Shown: piece after piece, positions 33,503 to 44,212 of the stretch
How positions within the stretch are numbered: the stretch's first letter is position 1
Layout: each line of letters begins with the position of its first letter
DNA from: an uncultured delta proteobacterium
GTDB lineage: Bacteria; Desulfobacterota; Desulfobulbia; Desulfobulbales; Desulfocapsaceae
DNA length: 64,000 nt
Direction: 5' to 3'
NCBI GenBank assembly: GCA_963709755.1
Contig: CAVPXO010000012.1
Location: 213,952 to 277,951, forward strand
Notes under the pieces: generated by a model
Told to the model about the DNA's origin: nothing
Seen by the model: only the letters and a program-made list of their open reading frames with translations
The model's database searches: none
Translations under genes and position numbers: made by a program

Positions 33503-33540
33503 ATAACAGTCAGTGCTTCATAACAGTCACTGCTTCATAA
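33503..33540. repeat. 17-bp tandem duplication of the map 3' end
   Basis: ATAACAGTCAGTGCTTC ATAACAGTCACTGCTTC ATAA, one mismatch between the units. Confidence 0.6.
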
Positions 33541-34528
33541 ACCAGGGTTCCCGCCCTCCGGTGAGAATTTCCACGCCATCTGGGGTGACTAAAAGAGTAT
33601 GCTCAAACTGGGCGCTTCTGGCCAGGTCACACGTTACCGCCGTCCATCTGTCAGGCCATATGACACATTCAGCACGCCCGGCATTAATCATCGGCTCAAT
33701 AGTAAAAGTCATGCCTTCTTCAAAAATCATCGAATTCCTCGGCTCGAAAAAATGAGCTATGTAGGGAGCCATGTGAAATGACTCCCCTATTCCATGACCG
33801 GTGAATTCACGTACGATACTGAAACCATTCTGCCCGGCATGATTTTCAACGACCTGGCCTATTGCATTAAGAGGCTGCCCGGGTCTCACCACATCAATTG
33901 CCTTCATCAGACATTCCCAGGTTACCTGAACCAATTTTTTTGATTCTTCGTCCACTTCCCCGACAAAGACGGTTTCAGAACAATCACCGTGCATGCCATA
34001 GACATAGACTGTCACATCACAGTTGATGATATCGCCCTCAACCAGTTCCCTGCTGTCCGGTATACCGTGTACCACCACCTCGTTGACCGAGGTGCAGATT
34101 GATTTGGGAAACCCCATATAGTTTAAAGGGCTTGGATAAGCGCCGAGTTCGATAGTTCTGCTGTGGGCGATCCGGTCCAGTTCATCAGTGGAGATGCCTG
34201 GTCGTACATTCGCGAGGACCGTATCCAACACATCACGGGCTACTTTTCCTGCTTTTCGCATCCTTTCAATCTGGTCGGCACTGACCTTTTTACAGGAAGA
34301 TCTGGCAGACACAGGGACACCTGTCCTGGCATATTCGGGTAGCCTGATATGCTCCGGGACGGGCCTGGCCGGACTTACCTTACCAGGCGAGACAGTTGGT
34401 TTTCTGACCGCACTCGTCTGCATACCGGGAGGAGATGTCTCACCTGATTCATCGGAACGAAGATGACACTTCTTATATTTTCTGCCGCTATTGCACCAGC
34501 AGGGATCGTTTCTCTTTGGTAATTGCAC
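33527..34528 (-). CDS. map: Type I methionine aminopeptidase with N-terminal SEC-C motif
   Basis: RNDPCWCNSGRKYKKCH; SICTSVNEVVVHGIP, DVTV..GDCSET, GHGIG..FH, FTIEPM, QFEHT. Confidence 0.93.
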   Translation of the reverse strand: MQLPKRNDPCWCNSGRKYKKCHLRSDESGETSPPGMQTSAVRKPTVSPGKVSPARPVPEHIRLPEYARTGVPVSARSSCKKVSADQIERMRKAGKVARDVLDTVLANVRPGISTDELDRIAHSRTIELGAYPSPLNYMGFPKSICTSVNEVVVHGIPDSRELVEGDIINCDVTVYVYGMHGDCSETVFVGEVDEESKKLVQVTWECLMKAIDVVRPGQPLNAIGQVVENHAGQNGFSIVREFTGHGIGESFHMAPYIAHFFEPRNSMIFEEGMTFTIEPMINAGRAECVIWPDRWTAVTCDLARSAQFEHTLLVTPDGVEILTGGREPWFMKQ

Positions 34529-34749
34529 GGGACTCTCTCTTTTTCCTGGTTCTCGGACACCTGAACTGCTAAAAACGTAACTGCATTACTAGTAGCACGC
34601 GGTTGCTTTTGAATTGAAAACTTGGAAATCCAAGGTAAAACAACTATTCTATACTTATTGATGGCGTTGTACCTTATAATTTTTCGGTTATTTATTAAAA
34701 TTTTCTTTTCCCTCTTTATAATCAGTGCATAGTTGCACAGGATAAAAAC

Positions 34750-36114
34750 ATGGCACAGATTAAGCGATCGGAACTGTTTGCCCGGCTAAAAGAAGGAGCC
34801 ACTCCTTTCGAGACACAAGTTTTCCTTTTTTTCGGTGAACGATTTCTCTGCAAAGAAGCCGCCGATTCGATCCAGGACCAACTCCTTACATTACAGCCCG
34901 GAGCTGTGCATAGCATTGACGGAGACACAGAAGATCCCGGTCACACCCTGGCCCGGCTGTTAAGTTTCAGTCTGCTGCCGGGCAGACAGCTCTACAGAGT
35001 CTCCAACAGTCGGATCTTTCACAGTAAAACCGTCGTTTCTGAAATCTGGGCAAAGGCCAGCCAGTCATTCAAGGCCGGTCGTCCGGACCCTGCTCTTCGT
35101 CAGCTGCAGGCCATGGTCCAGGCGGTTGAACTCAACATCGACGGACCGACTCCACTCTCGGAGATACCTCAACAGGAATGGAAAAGAATCTTCTCCTTTG
35201 ATAAACCTGGAGAAAATCTTGCCTGGGCCGACAACCTTCTTTCAGAATCGGGACAAACGACCAAAATAAATAAAGTTGACTTGGTCGATCGATATATCGA
35301 GGCCTTTGATAAAGGGCTTCCAGCTGGAAACATGCTGCTTTTGACTGCAGAAACTGTAGACAAACGCCAACGCTTATTCACTTATATCAAGAAAAAAGGA
35401 ACAGTTGTGGACTGTTCCGTGGCCACGGGGGCAAACGCCGCCGCTCAAAGTGAGCAAAAAGATGTGCTCAGGGAGATGATGCAGAAAACCCTCTCGGAGT
35501 TAGACAAAAAAATAGACCCCCAGGCGGTGGAAGTTTTTTTCGAGCGCGTCGGTTTCCATCCGGTGGCTGTAGTGACTGAGACGGAAAAACTGGCACATTA
35601 TGTCGGTGACCGACCGATGATTACCTGTAACGACCTGGAAACAATGGTCGCACGGAACCGGGAAGACGCCTTGTATGAGTTGACCGATGCTTTCAGCAAA
35701 CGACAGGCGGGCAGAACCCTGACTCTCCTGTCGCGACTCCTGGAACAGGGAATTCACAGTCTGGCGATCCTTGCCATCATGCGCAATTTTCTTAAAAAAC
35801 AACTTATCTACCGCTCTTTGCAAATGCGTTCATTTCCGTCCTGGCGGCGCGGGATGAATGCCAAAGAATTCCAAAACCATTATCTCCCTGACCTCAAAGC
35901 CCAGGGAGAGTGGAGCGAAATGCTGCAGGGGCATCCTTATGCACTTTTCATGAGTTTCACCAAAGCCTCGGAATATTCCTGTTCAGGACTGAAACGATGG
36001 ATGACCATGCTGCTCGACGCGGAATTTCGTCTTAAAGGCTCTCCTTTACCGCCACAACTGATCCTGGAGGAACTCTTTATTTCAATGCTCAAGGGATCGC
36101 CAAAATTTTCTTGA
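34750..36114 (+). CDS. holA: DNA polymerase III delta subunit
   Basis: FLFFGERFL, SFSLLPG, ETEKLAHYVG..IT..D, LYELTDA, C-terminal LLDAEFRLKGS..LEEL. Confidence 0.75.
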   Translation: MAQIKRSELFARLKEGATPFETQVFLFFGERFLCKEAADSIQDQLLTLQPGAVHSIDGDTEDPGHTLARLLSFSLLPGRQLYRVSNSRIFHSKTVVSEIWAKASQSFKAGRPDPALRQLQAMVQAVELNIDGPTPLSEIPQQEWKRIFSFDKPGENLAWADNLLSESGQTTKINKVDLVDRYIEAFDKGLPAGNMLLLTAETVDKRQRLFTYIKKKGTVVDCSVATGANAAAQSEQKDVLREMMQKTLSELDKKIDPQAVEVFFERVGFHPVAVVTETEKLAHYVGDRPMITCNDLETMVARNREDALYELTDAFSKRQAGRTLTLLSRLLEQGIHSLAILAIMRNFLKKQLIYRSLQMRSFPSWRRGMNAKEFQNHYLPDLKAQGEWSEMLQGHPYALFMSFTKASEYSCSGLKRWMTMLLDAEFRLKGSPLPPQLILEELFISMLKGSPKFS

Positions 36115-36246
36115 TATGAAGGTTTATGTTATACGAACAGTGAATATTTTATTATCATATCAGTTGGCGCCGAACCTGAATTGTGGAAAAAACTTCAGCG
36201 AGTCAGCAATTTTAACCTACTAACATTACTTATAAACAGTAGAACA

Positions 36247-36561
36247 ATGGCAGAGAATAAAAACCACAGAGAAGGATCTGTCCTTACGAAAGATACTATT
36301 AAAACAGAAGAACCGCGGCTGTATAAAGTACTGCTGCACAATGATGACTATACCTCCATGGAATTTGTCGTTGCCATACTTGAGACTGTTTTTCACAAGT
36401 CACCCCATGACGCCACAAAAATAATGCTTAATGTCCATAACGAGGGGATAGGTATAGCCGGAATATATACCCGAGAAATCTGCGAAACAAAAATCGCTGT
36501 AGTACACCAACTGGCTGAAAAAAATGAGTTTCCTCTTCGTTGTTCGATGGAAACTGTCTAA
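36247..36561 (+). CDS. clpS: ATP-dependent Clp protease adaptor ClpS
   Basis: PRLYKVLLHNDDYTSMEFVV, MLNVHNEG, FPLRCSME; start at MAENK (36247). Confidence 0.95.
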   Translation: MAENKNHREGSVLTKDTIKTEEPRLYKVLLHNDDYTSMEFVVAILETVFHKSPHDATKIMLNVHNEGIGIAGIYTREICETKIAVVHQLAEKNEFPLRCSMETV

Positions 36562-36604
36562 CAGGTGACTTTGCACCTTTCACCCAAAAATATATGCAGG
36601 AATT

Positions 36605-38869
36605 ATGCTGAGTAAAACATTAGAAAAAGCCCTGATAATGGCCATAAGAGAAGCAAAAACCCATAATCACGAATATGTGACGGTTGAGCATATGCTTTAT
36701 GGTCTTTTGCATGATGAGCTTACTAGCTATATAATCAACGAATGTGGTGGTTCAACCCAGGTACTAAAGGAGCGTCTGGAGAAATTTTTCCTCTTGGAAA
36801 TTCCAAAATTTTCAGACAAGGTTTCTGGAGAACCTGCCCAGACCATCGCCTTCAATAGAGTGCTTCAGCGCGCTGTTGCACATGTTCAGAGCTGTGGAAA
36901 ACAGCAGGTTGACAGCGGAGACGTATTGGTCTCCATCCTTTCAGAAGAGGAATCCCATGCTGTCTATTTTCTCACCTCGATTGGTATCGGCAAGATGGCA
37001 GTTGTGAACTTTATTTCCCACGAACTGCCTGCAGAGGGTTTACAGAAGGAACCTTTCACCACGTCGCCGGAGACCCCAGGTACTCAGAAAAACACCAAAG
37101 ACGCCAAAGCGCTGGAAGAATTCACCGTCAACCTGGCCGAATATGCGGCCCAGGGAAGAATCGACCCGCTCATCGGTCGCAATGAAGAAATCAGCAGAAT
37201 CATGCAGGTGCTTTGCAGACGTAAGAAAAACAACCCCCTGCTGGTCGGAGAGCCCGGTGTCGGCAAAACCGCAATGGCCGAAGGACTCGCCCTGCGGATT
37301 TACGAGGATAAAGTTGCCAGAGGCAAAGGCGAAAAGGCACAGGTTCCGGATCTGCTGCAGGATGTCGAGATTCACATGCTGGACATGGGAACCCTGGTCG
37401 CCGGCACCAAATATCGCGGTGACTTTGAGAAAAGGTTAAAAGGCGTCATAGCTGCCATAGAGCAAAAAGAAAATGCCATTCTTTTTATTGATGAGATGCA
37501 CACTATAGTCGGGGCAGGCGCCACCAGCGGAGGCTCGATGGATGCCTCGAATCTGCTCAAACCTGCCCTGCAGTCCGGGATTTTACGCTGCATCGGTTCC
37601 ACGACCTATGAAGAGTACAAAAACCAGATTGAAAAAGACCGGGCGCTCTCACGGCGGTTTCAGAAAATAGATATCGAGGAACCATCCGTGGACGACACCC
37701 ATCTTATCCTCAAAGGGTTGAAAGACAAATACGAAGAACACCACAATGTTCGGTATTCACAGAATTCCCTCAAGGCCATGGCTGAACTTTCGGATCGTTA
37801 TATCAACGAACGTTTCCTGCCGGACAAGGCTATTGATATAATGGATGAGGTCGGCTCCTTTTTTCGGCTTGAAAATCGACAGGGCTGCATGGTCAAGATA
37901 GGTGATGTTGAGAGAGTGGTGTCCAGAATAGCCCGAATCCCGGCAAAAAGCAGTTCGATTTCAGAAGTCAATGAGCTGAGAGAGCTGGCAACAAATCTCA
38001 AAAAAGTGGTCTTTGGACAGGATAGCGCCATCGAAGCGGTTACCACGGCTGTAAAGCGCTCTCGTGCCGGACTTGGCAACCCCGACTCACCTACCGGCAG
38101 CTTTATCTTCGCCGGACCTACCGGAGTCGGGAAAACCGAAGTAGCCAGACAACTGGCAGCTACACTCAACGTGCATTTTGAGCGGTTCGACATGAGCGAG
38201 TACATGGAGAAACATGCTGTCGCCAGACTGATCGGCTCTCCCCCTGGCTATGTCGGATTTGACCAGGGCGGGCTGCTCACCGAAGCCATCCGCAAACATC
38301 CGTATTCGGTGCTGCTGCTTGATGAAATCGAAAAGGCCCATCCCGATATATTCTCTATTCTTCTGCAGGTGATGGACCACTCGACCCTTACCGATAATTC
38401 AGGACGGAAAGCGGATTTCCGCAATGTCATAATCATCATGACCACCAACGCCGGAGCAAGGGAATTAGCAAGTACCAGCATCGGCTTTGTTACGAGCAAA
38501 AAGGGAGATGACCAGGCAGCGGTCAACAAACTCTTCGCCCCTGAGTTCAGAAACAGGCTCGATGCCATCGTCTCTTTCAGCTCGCTCGATCAGCATGCAA
38601 CTGAGCAGGTTGTCGATAAACTGATGAGAGAACTGGAAGCACAGCTCGCCGAAAAACGGGTCAGCATCAAGCTCAGCGATACAGCCAAAAAATATCTGGC
38701 CAAGAAAGGCTATGACCCTGAATATGGGGCCAGGCCGCTCAGACGCCTGATCATGAAAGAGGTAGGCGACACGCTGACTGAGGAGATACTCTTTGGTCAA
38801 CTGAGCAAAGGTGGTGAAGTGTTCATCGACGAAAACAACAAAAAACTTACCTTCAAATATACCCAATAA
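36605..38869 (+). CDS. clpA: ATP-dependent Clp protease ATP-binding subunit ClpA
   Basis: [10 protein letters not shown], two AAA+ modules ([16 protein letters not shown]), no ClpB M-domain, follows clpS. Confidence 0.96.
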   Translation: MLSKTLEKALIMAIREAKTHNHEYVTVEHMLYGLLHDELTSYIINECGGSTQVLKERLEKFFLLEIPKFSDKVSGEPAQTIAFNRVLQRAVAHVQSCGKQQVDSGDVLVSILSEEESHAVYFLTSIGIGKMAVVNFISHELPAEGLQKEPFTTSPETPGTQKNTKDAKALEEFTVNLAEYAAQGRIDPLIGRNEEISRIMQVLCRRKKNNPLLVGEPGVGKTAMAEGLALRIYEDKVARGKGEKAQVPDLLQDVEIHMLDMGTLVAGTKYRGDFEKRLKGVIAAIEQKENAILFIDEMHTIVGAGATSGGSMDASNLLKPALQSGILRCIGSTTYEEYKNQIEKDRALSRRFQKIDIEEPSVDDTHLILKGLKDKYEEHHNVRYSQNSLKAMAELSDRYINERFLPDKAIDIMDEVGSFFRLENRQGCMVKIGDVERVVSRIARIPAKSSSISEVNELRELATNLKKVVFGQDSAIEAVTTAVKRSRAGLGNPDSPTGSFIFAGPTGVGKTEVARQLAATLNVHFERFDMSEYMEKHAVARLIGSPPGYVGFDQGGLLTEAIRKHPYSVLLLDEIEKAHPDIFSILLQVMDHSTLTDNSGRKADFRNVIIIMTTNAGARELASTSIGFVTSKKGDDQAAVNKLFAPEFRNRLDAIVSFSSLDQHATEQVVDKLMRELEAQLAEKRVSIKLSDTAKKYLAKKGYDPEYGARPLRRLIMKEVGDTLTEEILFGQLSKGGEVFIDENNKKLTFKYTQ

Positions 38870-38890
38870 CCGAAAAAGAATCTTTCTTCT

Positions 38891-38931
38891 GCCGCAAGAC
38901 AGTATTACAGAGATACTGTCTTGCGGCTTTT
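38891..38931 (+). terminator. Intrinsic terminator after clpA
   Basis: GCCGCAAGACAGTAT / ATACTGTCTTGCGGC 15-bp stem followed by TTTTT. Confidence 0.85.
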
Positions 38932-39082
38932 TCGGTTTTTCACTGTAAAATAAACAAACCCCCCTTCCATTTATTTACGAAAAGCGTCCCTTGTTGTATA
39001 GGTTGTTGTAGAGAACACAACTACATGTAGTTTCATTTCCCATTTCTCTCGCGAGATGGCACCAAAACAAGGAGAAGCAGCT

Positions 39083-39421
39083 ATGAGTGACTGTATCTTT
39101 TGCAAGATCGTTGCAGGCGATATCCCCGCCAAAAAGCTCTACGAAGATGATGAAGTGCTGGCATTCTGGGATATCTCACCACAGGCACCTGTCCATTTTC
39201 TGGTAATTCCCAAAAAACATATCGCGTGTCCCGCGGATGTCGTTGAAGCAGATGATAAACTCATCGGCAAGCTCATCCGCATAGGGGCACAACTTGCTGA
39301 GGAAAACGGCACTGGCGATGCCTACCGGGTAATCTTCAACAACGGAGCCAAAGCCGGGCAGGTAGTCTTCCACATCCATTTGCACATCCTTGGCGGCAAA
39401 GACAAACCCTGGCCACTTTAA
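39083..39421 (+). CDS. Histidine triad nucleotide-binding protein (HinT-like)
   Basis: [28 protein letters not shown]. Confidence 0.92.
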   Translation: MSDCIFCKIVAGDIPAKKLYEDDEVLAFWDISPQAPVHFLVIPKKHIACPADVVEADDKLIGKLIRIGAQLAEENGTGDAYRVIFNNGAKAGQVVFHIHLHILGGKDKPWPL

Positions 39422-39470
39422 TTCCCTCTTTTCCTGTCAAAGTTCGGTCCAGCAACCAGGGAGTTACAAT

Positions 39471-40283
39471 ATGGAACAGTGGTTTTTTCAATTTTCCCCA
39501 ATCACCCAGGCTCTGATCGGTACTGGATTCACATGGTTTGTGACCGCTTTAGGGGCGGCCATGGTTTTTTTCTTCAGGGCGATTGACAGGAAAGTTATGG
39601 ATGGAATGCTCGGCTTTGCTGCCGGCGTCATGATTGCTGCCAGTTTCTGGTCTCTGCTGGCACCGGCCATTGCAATGGTCGAGTCCAAAGGTGGAATTTC
39701 CTGGGGCCCGCCTCTCGTTGGTTTTCTGAGTGGAGGCTTGTTCCTTTGGTGTGCGGATAAGCTTCTCCCTCATCTTCATCCGGGATTTCCCGCAAAAGAT
39801 GCCGAAGGGATTAAAACCAGTTGGCAACGCTCAGTGCTTCTGGTCCTGGCAATAACCCTCCACAATATACCGGAGGGACTGGCGGTAGGCGTGGCTTTTG
39901 GTGCGGCGGCGGCGGGTCATCCGGAAGCCTCAATCGGAGCTGCTATTGCGCTTGCCATAGGCATTGGGATCCAGAACTTCCCGGAAGGTGCCGCTGTTTC
40001 AGTACCTTTACGCCGGGAAGGCATGTCTCGCACCAAGAGCTTTCTGTACGGCCAGGCCTCCGGGATTGTTGAACCGATCGCCGGAGTTATCGGTGCTGCG
40101 GCCGTGATCACCATGGAACCGATTCTTCCCTATGCGCTTTCCTTTGCTGCCGGAGCGATGATCTACGTTGTCGCGGAAGAACTGATTCCGGAGTCGCAGG
40201 CAGCGAGACATTCCGACATCCCGACTATAGGGGTTATGCTCGGTTTTGCAATCATGATGACCCTGGACGTGGCCCTTGGCTGA
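39471..40283 (+). CDS. ZIP (ZupT/GufA) family metal transporter
   Basis: [41 protein letters not shown]; start at MEQW (39471) has an RBS. Confidence 0.92.
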   Translation: MEQWFFQFSPITQALIGTGFTWFVTALGAAMVFFFRAIDRKVMDGMLGFAAGVMIAASFWSLLAPAIAMVESKGGISWGPPLVGFLSGGLFLWCADKLLPHLHPGFPAKDAEGIKTSWQRSVLLVLAITLHNIPEGLAVGVAFGAAAAGHPEASIGAAIALAIGIGIQNFPEGAAVSVPLRREGMSRTKSFLYGQASGIVEPIAGVIGAAAVITMEPILPYALSFAAGAMIYVVAEELIPESQAARHSDIPTIGVMLGFAIMMTLDVALG

Positions 40284-40324
40284 TAAAGGTGTTTACCTGT
40301 AATCGATTTTAATATTGAGTCACA

Positions 40325-41680
40325 GTGATAAGAATGAATGAATCCGCCCAGGCCTTTATAAGCATTCTGCAGATCTTCCTGCCGCAGATCATCTCCCTGC
40401 CTGTGTTGATACTTTTGCTGTCTTCAACCACAGCCTTGCTCTCATTCGCCTGCATACTTTTATTCTTAAAACACAATGAGTTAAGAAGGCAGCAGCAGAA
40501 AACGGAAGAAAAACTCGTCATTGCAGAACAAAACGGTGAGGAAATGCTTGTAAATCTCAATAACCAGGCTATCAGGGAAGCAAAACTGGTCACTCTTTTA
40601 ACGAATGAAAGAAAACACGCCGCTGAAAAGCTTCAGCTCCTCCAGGATGCCCGGGAGGAATTAAGGTTGCAGTTTGCCGGCCTGGCCCAGCAGATTTTTG
40701 ATGAAAAAAGTGCCAGATTCAGCGAACTCAATCGGGAAAAGTTAGATGCAATCCTCCAGCCGTTCAACAATCAACTCACTTCTCTTAAACAGGAAATAAA
40801 CGAGATCTATCGTAACGACAGCCGCGAGCGGTTGTCGTTGAAACATGAAATTGTCCAATTGCGGGATCTCAACCAACAGGTTAACCAGGAGGCCATTAAT
40901 CTGACAAAGGCCCTGAAAAGTGACACTAAAATCCAGGGCAACTGGGGAGAACTGGTTCTGGAGAGGGTACTGGAATGGTCCGGACTGCGACGCGGGGTTG
41001 AATATGAGACCCAGGGAGGATTTCGAGACCACAGCAACAGGCTCCTCAAGCCCGATGTGCTTATTCACCTGCCGGAAGGCAAGGATATCATAATAGATTC
41101 CAAGGTGTCTCTGGTCAGCTGGGAAAAATACGTCAACAGTGAGAATGAAGACCAACGCGCACTCCATCTCGCAGGACTTATTAAAGCCATTCGCGAGCAT
41201 ATCACCACCCTGAGTAAAAAAAATTATCCGGAATTAACCGGAATTCACTCCCTCGATTTCGTCCTGATGTTCATGCCTATTGAGGCTGCATTTTCCACTG
41301 CCTTCCAAGAGGATGACAATCTTTTTAGTGAAGCACTCACCCAAAACATCATCATTGTCACCCCTACCACTCTGCTGGCAACCCTTCGTACCGTTGAAAA
41401 TATCTGGCAGTTTGAGCATCAGAGCAAAAATTCACTGGAGATCGCCAGAAGGGCCGGCATCATGTATGACAAATTTCGCGGTTTTGTGGAAGAGATGGAA
41501 AAGATCGGCAAACAGCTGGCCACCTGCCACAGTACCTACGATGGAGCACTGCTCAAGCTGACCCGCGGACGGGGCAACCTGATCGCCCAGGCTGAGCAAC
41601 TCAAAGACCTTGGAGTTCAGGTCAAAAAAGAACTCCCTAAATCAATAACCGATCTTGCCGAGCTCGAGTTGAAAAATTGA
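40325..41680 (+). CDS. rmuC: DNA recombination protein RmuC
   Basis: N-terminal TM and coiled coil, QGNWGELVLERVLE.SGL, PDVLIHLP..IIDSK, FVLMFMPIE, PTTLLATLRT. Confidence 0.9.
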   Translation: MIRMNESAQAFISILQIFLPQIISLPVLILLLSSTTALLSFACILLFLKHNELRRQQQKTEEKLVIAEQNGEEMLVNLNNQAIREAKLVTLLTNERKHAAEKLQLLQDAREELRLQFAGLAQQIFDEKSARFSELNREKLDAILQPFNNQLTSLKQEINEIYRNDSRERLSLKHEIVQLRDLNQQVNQEAINLTKALKSDTKIQGNWGELVLERVLEWSGLRRGVEYETQGGFRDHSNRLLKPDVLIHLPEGKDIIIDSKVSLVSWEKYVNSENEDQRALHLAGLIKAIREHITTLSKKNYPELTGIHSLDFVLMFMPIEAAFSTAFQEDDNLFSEALTQNIIIVTPTTLLATLRTVENIWQFEHQSKNSLEIARRAGIMYDKFRGFVEEMEKIGKQLATCHSTYDGALLKLTRGRGNLIAQAEQLKDLGVQVKKELPKSITDLAELELKN

Positions 41681-41779
41681 TCCATCTTACGGGAAAATTA
41701 ACCACTTGATTCCGTACTTACCCTGCCGGATTTTTAGAAAAGTGGTAGAAGAAACAACATTTATTATCAGGAGGAGCTG

Positions 41780-43315
41780 GTGCTGTTACATCATAAATTT
41801 ATCGACATAGCCAAACAGTTCAAAAGAAAACTGGCGATACATGATTTCGCGACCAATCGAGAACTTACTTATACCAAGTCTCTCATTGCCTGTTTGATCC
41901 TTACCCATTTTTTCCGAAAGCTCGACAAGGGTTTTATAGGAATAATGATGCCGACTTCTGCCGGCTGTGTTCTCACCAAGGTTGCCATTCTGATGAGTGG
42001 CCGGACCCCGGTGATGATTAATTATTCGACCGGGGCGGCACATAATGCCAAATATGCTCAGAATAAATGTGATTTCAAGACCATAATTACCTCCAAAGCA
42101 CTTCTGGAAAGAATAGAATGTCCCTTTGTGGACGGGATGGTCTATATTGAAGATATAATGGCGTCCATCACCAAAGACCTGAAAATAAAAGCAGCACTGA
42201 CTGCGGCACTGCCGGCAGTATTGATCAAAAAAATGGTCCACTGCGGCCATGAAGACGATACGGCAGTTATCCTCTTTACCAGCGGCAGTGAGAAAGAACC
42301 AAAAGCTGTACAGTTGACGCACAAGAATATTCTGTCCAATGTCAACTCGGTCTCGCCCATTTTCAATTTCACCAATGACGATGTGTTCCTGTGCACACTT
42401 CCTTTTTTCCATGTCTTCGGCCTGACTGTCGATCTCTGGGTCCCCATATCTCTGGGTATAACTATGCTCACGTACGCCAACCCTCTCGATTACAAGAAGG
42501 TATGTGCTATCGCCAGAGAACATAAAGTGACATGTCTGGTCGGCACGCCTTCTTTTTTTTGGGGATACCTTCGAAAATCGGAAAAAGGGGATTTTGACAC
42601 GTTGCGGATCGCCCTGACCGGTGCCGACAAGTGCCCTGACGCACTTCGGGAAGGCTTTAAAAGCAAGCACGACATCACTATACTTGAAGGCTACGGTGCA
42701 ACGGAGTGTTCTCCAGTCATTTCAACAAATACTCCCTCGTCAAACAGGCCCGGCAGTGTCGGCAAACCAATTCCGGGCATTCAGGTTCGCATTGAGAATT
42801 ACGAGACCGGCGAGAAATGTGCTCTGGGTGAGGATGGTCGTATCCTTGTTAAAGGTGACAGCGTCATGAAAGGCTATTTCAATGATTTTGAACAAACGTC
42901 ACTGCACATTCGCCATGGCTGGTATGACACCGGCGATATGGGAAACATCGACGAGGATGGCTATCTGTGGCACGTTGGTCGACTAAAAAGATTTGTCAAA
43001 ATCGGCGGCGAGATGGTTTCTCTGGTGAAGATCGAAGCTGTATTGGAAAAGTTTTTACCGGAAGACAGCCATTGTTGCGTCGTGGAAATCCCCGATGCGT
43101 TCAAAGGCGCACGCATTGTGGCTGTGGTAACCACACCTTTGGATGAGAAAACTCTTCTGAAACAGATGGCAAAGCATCTCCCCGCAATTGCTCTTCCCAA
43201 AATCTTTCTCATTTGGGAGACTCTGCCGAAGATGGGCAGCGGTAAAATTGATTTCAGGACTATTTCTGAAAAGGCCAGGGTACAGCTGCAACATACCAGA
43301 AAGAGCATCTCCTAG
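41780..43315 (+). CDS. AMP-binding enzyme resembling the acyl-ACP synthetase half of Aas
   Basis: ILFTSGSEKEPKAV, LPFFHVFG, EGYGATECSP, WYDTGD, RLKRFVKIGGEMVSL, GSGKID. Confidence 0.85.
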   Translation: MLLHHKFIDIAKQFKRKLAIHDFATNRELTYTKSLIACLILTHFFRKLDKGFIGIMMPTSAGCVLTKVAILMSGRTPVMINYSTGAAHNAKYAQNKCDFKTIITSKALLERIECPFVDGMVYIEDIMASITKDLKIKAALTAALPAVLIKKMVHCGHEDDTAVILFTSGSEKEPKAVQLTHKNILSNVNSVSPIFNFTNDDVFLCTLPFFHVFGLTVDLWVPISLGITMLTYANPLDYKKVCAIAREHKVTCLVGTPSFFWGYLRKSEKGDFDTLRIALTGADKCPDALREGFKSKHDITILEGYGATECSPVISTNTPSSNRPGSVGKPIPGIQVRIENYETGEKCALGEDGRILVKGDSVMKGYFNDFEQTSLHIRHGWYDTGDMGNIDEDGYLWHVGRLKRFVKIGGEMVSLVKIEAVLEKFLPEDSHCCVVEIPDAFKGARIVAVVTTPLDEKTLLKQMAKHLPAIALPKIFLIWETLPKMGSGKIDFRTISEKARVQLQHTRKSIS

Positions 43316-43325
43316 GAGTCCGGGA

Positions 43326-44165
43326 ATGGCAGGCACTAAAACCATGGCGAGAACATATCCACACAGTAAAAGCAGCGGCACACCGGGAGATTTTTTTCGT
43401 AGCCCGCTTTTTGATGTCTGCCAATTTGCTGTACTTATAGCGCTGTTAGGTTGGCTGGCGATACAGAGTGCGGAAAATATCGGCTACAACTGGCAATGGT
43501 ATCGGATTCCCCGCTACCTGTTAACAGTGACCGAATCCGGTATCGTTGCCGGACCCTTGGTAGAGGGGCTCAAAATAACCCTGCAGATTTCCCTGGTAAG
43601 TCTGGTTTTCGCCCTTATTATCGGATTGACAACCGCTATTTTTCGTCTCTCCAATTCGTTTGTCGCACGCGGTCTGGCCATCATCTATCTTGAAACCAGC
43701 AGAAACACGCCGCTTCTAATCCAGATATTTTTTATTTATTTTGTCCTCGGCCCGATGCTGGGACTTGAGCGGATGTTCGCGGCGATCCTGGCCCTCAGCC
43801 TTTTCGAAGGCGCCTATGCCTCGGAAATTTTTCGCTCCGGCATCCAGTCTGTCGACAGGGGACAGATTGAGGCAGCCGGCAGTCTCGGACTGACCACTTT
43901 TTCGACCTATCGTCATATAATTATCCCCCAGGCGATCCGGACAGTTCTCCCGCCACTTACCAGCCAGGCCATTTCCCTGGTCAAGGATTCGGCTCTGGTC
44001 AGCACCATCGCCATTTACGACCTGACCATGCAGGGGCAAGCTCTGATTGCCGAGTCATATTTAACCTTTGAGATCTGGTTTACGGTGGCGGCCATGTACC
44101 TCTCGATAACATTATTTTTGTCTGTAGTTGTTGGCATACTGGAAAAACGTCTTAGATTACCATGA
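43326..44165 (+). CDS. Polar amino acid ABC transporter permease
   Basis: RNTPLLIQIF, AYASEIFRSGI..GQIEAA (EAA motif), LVKDSAL; true start likely 43326 or 43344. Confidence 0.9.
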   Translation: MAGTKTMARTYPHSKSSGTPGDFFRSPLFDVCQFAVLIALLGWLAIQSAENIGYNWQWYRIPRYLLTVTESGIVAGPLVEGLKITLQISLVSLVFALIIGLTTAIFRLSNSFVARGLAIIYLETSRNTPLLIQIFFIYFVLGPMLGLERMFAAILALSLFEGAYASEIFRSGIQSVDRGQIEAAGSLGLTTFSTYRHIIIPQAIRTVLPPLTSQAISLVKDSALVSTIAIYDLTMQGQALIAESYLTFEIWFTVAAMYLSITLFLSVVVGILEKRLRLP

Positions 44166-44212
44166 CATACATTTAAATTCTGTTAGAACCCGTCTAAACG
44201 GAGGAGATAAAC

